Origin: Candidatus Hodarchaeota archaeon
Lineage (GTDB): Archaea; Asgardarchaeota; Heimdallarchaeia; Hodarchaeales; Hodarchaeaceae
Length of the DNA: 32,512 bases
NCBI GenBank assembly: GCA_016839785.1
Contig: JAEOTQ010000119.1
Location: forward strand, 1-32,512
Direction: 5' to 3'
The position numbers were made by a program, and so were the translations under genes. Below, piece by piece: positions 27,546 through 32,512 of the stretch. Numbering within the stretch: the stretch's first letter is position 1; every line of letters begins with the position of its first letter. Below the pieces are notes generated by a model. That model saw nothing but the letters and a program-made list of their open reading frames with translations. It ran no database searches and had not been told where the DNA came from.

Positions 27546-27941
27546 TTGAGCCTAGAGGACTTTAATAGATATTCACCAGTTTTAGCATTCTTTGTATGCT
27601 TTCTCTTGGATGTAATTGTCGTAATGGCTCTATACTGGCCATTGACCATAGTACCTGCAATAATTGGAGGATTTTTTTGTATTGAAATGAAGTGGGGGGC
27701 TTTATCTGGTACATTTGGAGTGTTGCTTGCTTGGATGCTAAGCTTTCTATTCTCCATGAATGACATTACTCTTCAAGTGGATCAGCTCGGACGGTTATTG
27801 ATTAATTCTAATGGAGCAGGAGGAGTAATTGTCTTACTCATCTTCATCGTAGGCGCTCTCTTCGGATTTTTAGGAGGATCAATTGGCAGTGGAATCAGAA
27901 TGTTAGCCTTGTCAGAAAATGCGGTTACTCAAGAGGATTAA
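27546..27941 (+). CDS. Small membrane protein (about 4 TM)
   Basis: Hydrophobic Gly-rich helices; TTG directly abuts the acylase stop, with SD GGAGGAG. Confidence 0.75.
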   Translation: MSLEDFNRYSPVLAFFVCFLLDVIVVMALYWPLTIVPAIIGGFFCIEMKWGALSGTFGVLLAWMLSFLFSMNDITLQVDQLGRLLINSNGAGGVIVLLIFIVGALFGFLGGSIGSGIRMLALSENAVTQED

Positions 27942-27943
27942 CA

Positions 27944-28708
27944 ATGACTGAACTTTCAATACGTGAAATCGGTAGTAAGTTGAAAAATGCAGGTAGATTA
28001 CATTCCCACCCACTAGTTATTTATGGAACGGAGACTCCTCCAGATAATTCTGTTTCATCAATGGATATTAATCGTTGCATAGCAAATGTCATTTACTCAA
28101 TAGCGACAGATTCGACATTCTCTGCTATTCACATTGGAAAAGATGACCAGAAGCGATGCTGTCCAGGGGGTCAAGCGTGGTTCGGATATAAACCTTTCAG
28201 ACCTTACTTGAAATATTTCTTATCAACTGGATCTCAAAATTTTAGAAGTGGAAAATCAGAATTTCTTATTTCTAATCCCGATTTAGTGGAAAAAAGATTA
28301 CCCTCAGATGGCAAGATTACCCCCCTAGGTAAATTCATTGTCATTTGTCGAAGTGACCAGCTAATAGAGACGAATACCGAGTTAAAGGCTTTTCTATGCT
28401 TTGGAAATTCCGAACAGATTAGAAATCTTTGTTCCCTAGCATATTTTAGGTCAGATACATCATATGGGATCCATATGCCTTGGGGACCTTCCTGTGCTTC
28501 GTTTGTTTCTTATCCTTCTGGAATGATTGAGGATGCCCCTGATAATATTGCAATTCTTGGGCCAACTGATCCCACTGGTAATTATTGGCTTCCCGAGGAC
28601 TGTTTGTCACTGGGAATTCCCTTTCAAACTGCTTTACAAATAGCAGAGGATGTGGACTCGTCTTTCATTAGTAAACGTCCGAAAATAGCATATCCTGTAC
28701 GAAAATGA
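27944..28708 (+). CDS. DUF169 family protein
   Basis: RC...CCPGGQAWFG...GPSCAS...LGPTD pattern of conserved Cys residues; 2 nt after the previous gene. Confidence 0.75.
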   Translation: MTELSIREIGSKLKNAGRLHSHPLVIYGTETPPDNSVSSMDINRCIANVIYSIATDSTFSAIHIGKDDQKRCCPGGQAWFGYKPFRPYLKYFLSTGSQNFRSGKSEFLISNPDLVEKRLPSDGKITPLGKFIVICRSDQLIETNTELKAFLCFGNSEQIRNLCSLAYFRSDTSYGIHMPWGPSCASFVSYPSGMIEDAPDNIAILGPTDPTGNYWLPEDCLSLGIPFQTALQIAEDVDSSFISKRPKIAYPVRK

Positions 28709-28864
28709 CGGTGCTAACCACATTCAAAATCAAATTTTATTTTGAAACATAATGCGAATGGACTTCAGAGCTCCTTATGTATCTTCGAAAGGAGAAGCTG
28801 GAAAATTTCTACATTGATAATTGAAATAGCTTACATATACGGAGAACTTTTCTTTTTAAGAAAA

Positions 28865-29263
28865 TCAGTCAATTATTCTAATACCAGTTTTCTCGAAGTG
28901 AGAACGATTTCTTGTTACTAAAGGGAGATCTTTCTCCAATGCAACACTTGCTATTAGTGTATCCAATACCCCTATTGGAGTTCCTTTTTTTCTGAGATCG
29001 TTTATAAGAAAGCCAAATCTGTTGGCAATTGCTTGAGTAAACGGGATTATGGTAAAAAATTGTATAAGCTCTTCTGCTTGTTTAAGATTAAACTCAACTC
29101 TTGAAGATTTATACACACCTTGATATAACTCCCAAAGAGTCACATGAGTGATAAATAATTCATTAGGTTGTTCTAGTAAACTTTTTAGTTGTTTAATTGT
29201 TTCTTTGTCATTTCTTAGAATTTTTATAAGATAATCAGTATCAAAAATCATTGCTGCCACCAA
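28865..29263 (-). CDS. vapC: VapC PIN-domain toxin
   Basis: IFDTD, WELYQG, DTLIAS, LVTRNRSHF; real start probably the MIFDT methionine. Confidence 0.92.
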   Translation of the reverse strand: MVAAMIFDTDYLIKILRNDKETIKQLKSLLEQPNELFITHVTLWELYQGVYKSSRVEFNLKQAEELIQFFTIIPFTQAIANRFGFLINDLRKKGTPIGVLDTLIASVALEKDLPLVTRNRSHFEKTGIRIID

Positions 29264-29267
29264 AAAT

Positions 29268-29492
29268 CTAAAATCTAAGATTTATATTCATCCTGTCATC
29301 AAATACTGATTCAACTGAATCAGCTAGGTCTGATAAATCTTTTTGGCTTGATAACCATGCAATTAGATCTTCTTTCTTCTTTTTACTAGTTAGAATTCTC
29401 TTAATTACTTCGGTAAAAGACTCATTCTCCTTTTTGTTTTCTTTTAATAAATTATAAGCCTCTTCAGAAATTGTAATTGTTTTGTGTGCCAT
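29268..29492 (-). CDS. vapB: VapB antitoxin (UPF0330, RHH-like)
   Basis: MAHKTITISEEAYNLLKENKKENESFTEVIKRI; directly upstream of vapC. Confidence 0.9.
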   Translation of the reverse strand: MAHKTITISEEAYNLLKENKKENESFTEVIKRILTSKKKKEDLIAWLSSQKDLSDLADSVESVFDDRMNINLRF

Positions 29493-29507
29493 GGTTCTAA
29501 TATGATT

Positions 29508-29517
29508 ATACATGTAT
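29508..29517. promoter_or_regulatory. Palindrome, probable VapB operator
   Basis: Perfect palindrome ATACATGTAT 16-25 nt upstream of the vapB ATG, followed by a related ATGTGTAT. Confidence 0.45.
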
Positions 29518-30061
29518 TTATGTGTATTGATAGACTCTATCCACCCAATCTCTGTCCTAAAAAAAATATTTGAATATTTTAAGAAAAAAGGGCATTTTTA
29601 GGGTTCGGGGCATGTTTGACAGTATATATCTGAATCATCTCAGCTGTGTATGAAAATGTCGCCAAACTCAAATTCAATAATGGCTTGAAAAAATATATAT
29701 TCACAATTTATGATTTTAATTATATAACAGAATCGATATTTATGTCTATTTTTTCTAAAAGCGGCATGTAACATAATTAAATATTATCAATAGTTAAATA
29801 TATTATATTATGCTATATTTGATAGTTTCTTGCGTCATTATTTTAAATATAAAAGGAGAATATATTTTATTCACAATTGCATTTGTTTTAAATTCATACT
29901 CTGCGAATAAAAACAAATTTTGCCATTTAATGACAAAAGAAGGTAGGAAAATTGAAATAAAAATACGAAATATGATCAAAAGGTATATAAATGGATTTAA
30001 ATCTAGTATAATTAGGAAATATTCCTACAAAGTAAGATAAAATATAAAAGGTGAATAAAAA

Positions 30062-30523
30062 ATGAGTTTAATAAGAACAAATAGAGGTTGGCTATATAAT
30101 CCTTTCAATACTTCTACTCTTTACGAGAATAGAATTCAAAAATTATTTTCGGACGTTTTCGGTGATCAGGAGGTTTTACATACAGATCAAGTCTATAGTC
30201 CTCGAGTTGATATAAAAGAATCTGAAGATAGTATCATTATTGAAACAGATTTCCCAGGATTCAAAAAAGACGAGATTACCATTGATATATCCCCTGAAGC
30301 AGTTGAATTGGCTGCTGAGCATAAAGAGGAGATAAAAGAAGAGAAAGAAGAGAATGGAGAGAAAATTCTTCGTCGAGAACGATATGCACAAAAATTCCAT
30401 CGGAAATTTTCACTTCCCTATCCGATTGACACAGAAAAAATCAATACATCATTCGTTGATGGAACTCTGAAACTTGAGATTGGGAAGCAATTGAACACAG
30501 GAAAACGGAGAGTTACCCTATAA
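30062..30523 (+). CDS. Small heat shock protein (Hsp20/alpha-crystallin)
   Basis: PRVDIKE, DFPGFKKDEI, RRER...FHRKFSLP, FVDGTLKL; SD AGGTGA. Confidence 0.93.
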   Translation: MSLIRTNRGWLYNPFNTSTLYENRIQKLFSDVFGDQEVLHTDQVYSPRVDIKESEDSIIIETDFPGFKKDEITIDISPEAVELAAEHKEEIKEEKEENGEKILRRERYAQKFHRKFSLPYPIDTEKINTSFVDGTLKLEIGKQLNTGKRRVTL

Positions 30524-30529
30524 CTTGTC

Positions 30530-30561
30530 TTTTTTTCTTCCCTTCCTTTTTTAGAAGGGAA
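30530..30561 (+). terminator. T-tract plus hairpin after hsp20
   Basis: T run at 30530-30536, then TTCCCTTC-N8-GAAGGGAA (30538-30561). Confidence 0.4.
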
Positions 30562-30595
30562 ATTCTTTCGTAAGAGTGAAATAAACATCTAAGAG

Positions 30596-31555
30596 GTGAT
30601 AGAATTGAGTCAAGTTCCCACAGATTATTATGATATTATTGGAGTCCCCAGCAATGCCTCTGTAAAGGATATTAAAAAGGCTTACAGAAAACTTGCTCTC
30701 AAATATCATCCAGACATGGCAAAAGAGAATGGTATCGATTCCAAACAGGCTGAAGAGCGGTTTAAGGAGATCTCTGAGGCATATTCAGTTCTCTCTGATC
30801 CAGATAAAAGACGATCTTATGATCAAAGTAAGAATGAACCCTTTTCCCAGCATTTTGGGACAGTCGATCCATCTGGATTTCGAATGGACATCGATCCATT
30901 TGAGATATTTCGACACTTTTTCGAAGAGAGTGGTGAAGTCCATTCATTTGACTCTGACAATACAGACTTTTCACCTTTTTCGCAAAGAAATTCTCGTCAA
31001 ACTAGACATGTTTTTCCGCAACAGGGGTCTGATATCGCAATAAACATCGATATTAAGAGATCTGAGCTTGAAAATAGGAGTATGGATTTAGAAAAGTCAC
31101 TAAAAATGAAAAGGAAATTCCATGATGGAACGGTACAATCGGAACAAATTAAGATCAAAATACCCGTTGATATAAAAAATGATCAAGTATTACACTTTCC
31201 TGGGAAAGGCAATGCAGGAAAATTTCAAGGAAAAGCGGGAGATCTGTATCTGAATGTTAACATTGTGGAAGATATCCTTGATTTACCCGTGTCGCTTTAT
31301 TTGGCCTTGCGGGGAACGAATATTTCATTTAAAACTAAACATGGAGAAAAAATCACTGGGAATATACCTGGTACGACCCGTGAAAATACAATTCTTACAA
31401 TGCAGACTCAAACAGGGAAACCGCAGAAAGTTCGTATCAAATATCAATATCCAAGTGTAATAACAACTCCACAAAAAAAATTACTTACTCAATTACATAA
31501 TTTAAGTCCAAGATATTCTAAAAGAAAAAAATCTGAAATAAAAGATTATTATTGA
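30596..31555 (+). CDS. DnaJ class B (CbpA-like) co-chaperone
   Basis: [24 protein letters not shown]-like region, C-terminal GKG...AGDLYL; no CxxCxGxG repeats; probable start TTG 30605 after SD GAGGTGA. Confidence 0.9.
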   Translation: MIELSQVPTDYYDIIGVPSNASVKDIKKAYRKLALKYHPDMAKENGIDSKQAEERFKEISEAYSVLSDPDKRRSYDQSKNEPFSQHFGTVDPSGFRMDIDPFEIFRHFFEESGEVHSFDSDNTDFSPFSQRNSRQTRHVFPQQGSDIAINIDIKRSELENRSMDLEKSLKMKRKFHDGTVQSEQIKIKIPVDIKNDQVLHFPGKGNAGKFQGKAGDLYLNVNIVEDILDLPVSLYLALRGTNISFKTKHGEKITGNIPGTTRENTILTMQTQTGKPQKVRIKYQYPSVITTPQKKLLTQLHNLSPRYSKRKKSEIKDYY

Positions 31556-31565
31556 AGTGAATATC

Positions 31566-32512
31566 ATGGCAAACATTAATAGGTTTACATATAAAGCTCA
31601 AGAGGCGTTACAACAGGCTATTACCCTAGCTAATCAGATGAAAAATCCCGAGGTTTATCCTCAACATTTACTAATTTCAATACTTAACATTGATTCTCAA
31701 GAGGGAATTGTCTCGGTGCTCTTATCCAAGTTAGGGATAAATACATCTAACTTGAAGAAGCAGCTGCAACAAAAATTGGCAGAGTCACCGCAAGTAGAGG
31801 GCGGACAAGAACCACGTTTATCTCAGAACTTAGTAAAAGGTTTGGAAGCAGCGGAAAAAACCATGGTTGAGTTAGGTGATGAATTTATTACTTTAGATCA
31901 TATTTTCTACGGAGTCGTAAAAGAAAGTAAGGATATTCATGCGTTTCTGAAACGAGAAGGGATTTCAGAAACAATTATCTTGGATGCAATTAAGGAAACG
32001 AGGAAATTCTCTAAGGTCGCCGACCAATATGCTGAAGATAAAATGCATGCCTTGAAACGATACACGATTAATTACAACGATTTAGCATTAAAAGGTGCAT
32101 TAGATCCAGTGATTGGAAGAGACGAGGAGATTAGACGAGTTATTCATGTATTATCCAGGCGAACTAAGAATAATCCCATTCTGTTAGGGGAACCTGGTGT
32201 AGGAAAAACGGCTATTGTCGAAGGATTAGCTCAACGGATCATTCAAGGTGATGTTCCTGAGTCCCTCAAATCAAAACAAGTCAATGCTCTTGATATGGGG
32301 GCCTTGATTGCAGGGTCAAAATATCGTGGGGATTTTGAAGAGCGCTTGAAATCGGTTCTAAATGAAATTCAGAACTCTGAAGGACGAATAATTCTTTTTA
32401 TTGATGAAATCCACACAGTTGTAGGTGCTGGTGCTACAGGAGAGGGGTCAATGGACGCTTCAAACCTTCTCAAACCCGCATTAGCACGTGGAACACTTCA
32501 TTGTATTGGAGC
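31566..32512 (+). CDS. clpB: ClpB AAA+ chaperone, 3' end truncated by window (absent from the ORF track)
   Basis: Manual translation: [18 protein letters not shown] (Clp N-domain)...[47 protein letters not shown]...[13 protein letters not shown]...LFIDEIH...LKPALARG. Confidence 0.92.
   Translation, partial: MANINRFTYKAQEALQQAITLANQMKNPEVYPQHLLISILNIDSQEGIVSVLLSKLGINTSNLKKQLQQKLAESPQVEGGQEPRLSQNLVKGLEAAEKTMVELGDEFITLDHIFYGVVKESKDIHAFLKREGISETIILDAIKETRKFSKVADQYAEDKMHALKRYTINYNDLALKGALDPVIGRDEEIRRVIHVLSRRTKNNPILLGEPGVGKTAIVEGLAQRIIQGDVPESLKSKQVNALDMGALIAGSKYRGDFEERLKSVLNEIQNSEGRIILFIDEIHTVVGAGATGEGSMDASNLLKPALARGTLHCIG

Noticed and set aside
29810-30040. 76-aa ORF upstream of hsp20
   Set aside because: I/K/N/Y-rich translation of AT-rich promoter DNA with no SD or recognisable motif.
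1079-31460. Other short overlapping or antisense ORFs in the track (e.g. 1079-1354, 17275-17667, 22332-22748, 30693-31043)
   Set aside because: They overlap well-supported genes and show no family motifs.
1-32512. CRISPR arrays, tRNA/rRNA genes, transposases, integrases
   Set aside because: No regularly spaced repeats, cloverleaf/T-loop motifs, long GC-rich non-coding tracts or recombinase motifs seen by eye.

Overview
Gene-dense, AT-rich archaeal chromosomal window, most likely from an Asgard archaeon (Heimdallarchaeia/Hodarchaeales-like). This is inferred from a Rab-like GTPase, an Arf/Sar1-like GTPase fused to a longin/roadblock-like domain, a eukaryote-like AsnRS, archaeal oap/arv and UPF0330 genes, and GGTGA/GAGGT Shine-Dalgarno motifs. 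The left half (1-15.6 kb) holds a GT4 glycosyltransferase, an MFS transporter, an intact arvABC/oapABC-like operon, a coiled-coil winged-helix protein, a small Cys/His zinc-finger protein, an NDP-sugar pyrophosphorylase with a degenerate phosphohexomutase, the Arf-longin GTPase, a lipoate ligase, an AbrB-like + KaiC-like pair, the Rab-like GTPase, a surface glycoprotein, asnS and an unusual HTH/coiled-coil/polyproline/Zn-ribbon protein. The right half is accessory: hydrolase, fused Fe-S serine dehydratase, CpXC protein, tandem acyltransferases, nudC, ABC exporter, penicillin-acylase operon, vapBC, and hsp20-dnaJ-clpB (clpB truncated by the window edge). The best leads are the arvABC operon within a three-GTPase neighbourhood, the polyproline protein, and candidate structured RNAs (a C/D-box-like element at ~17.0 kb and a long hairpin at ~7.7 kb). 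All calls come from motif recognition by eye; no searches were run.
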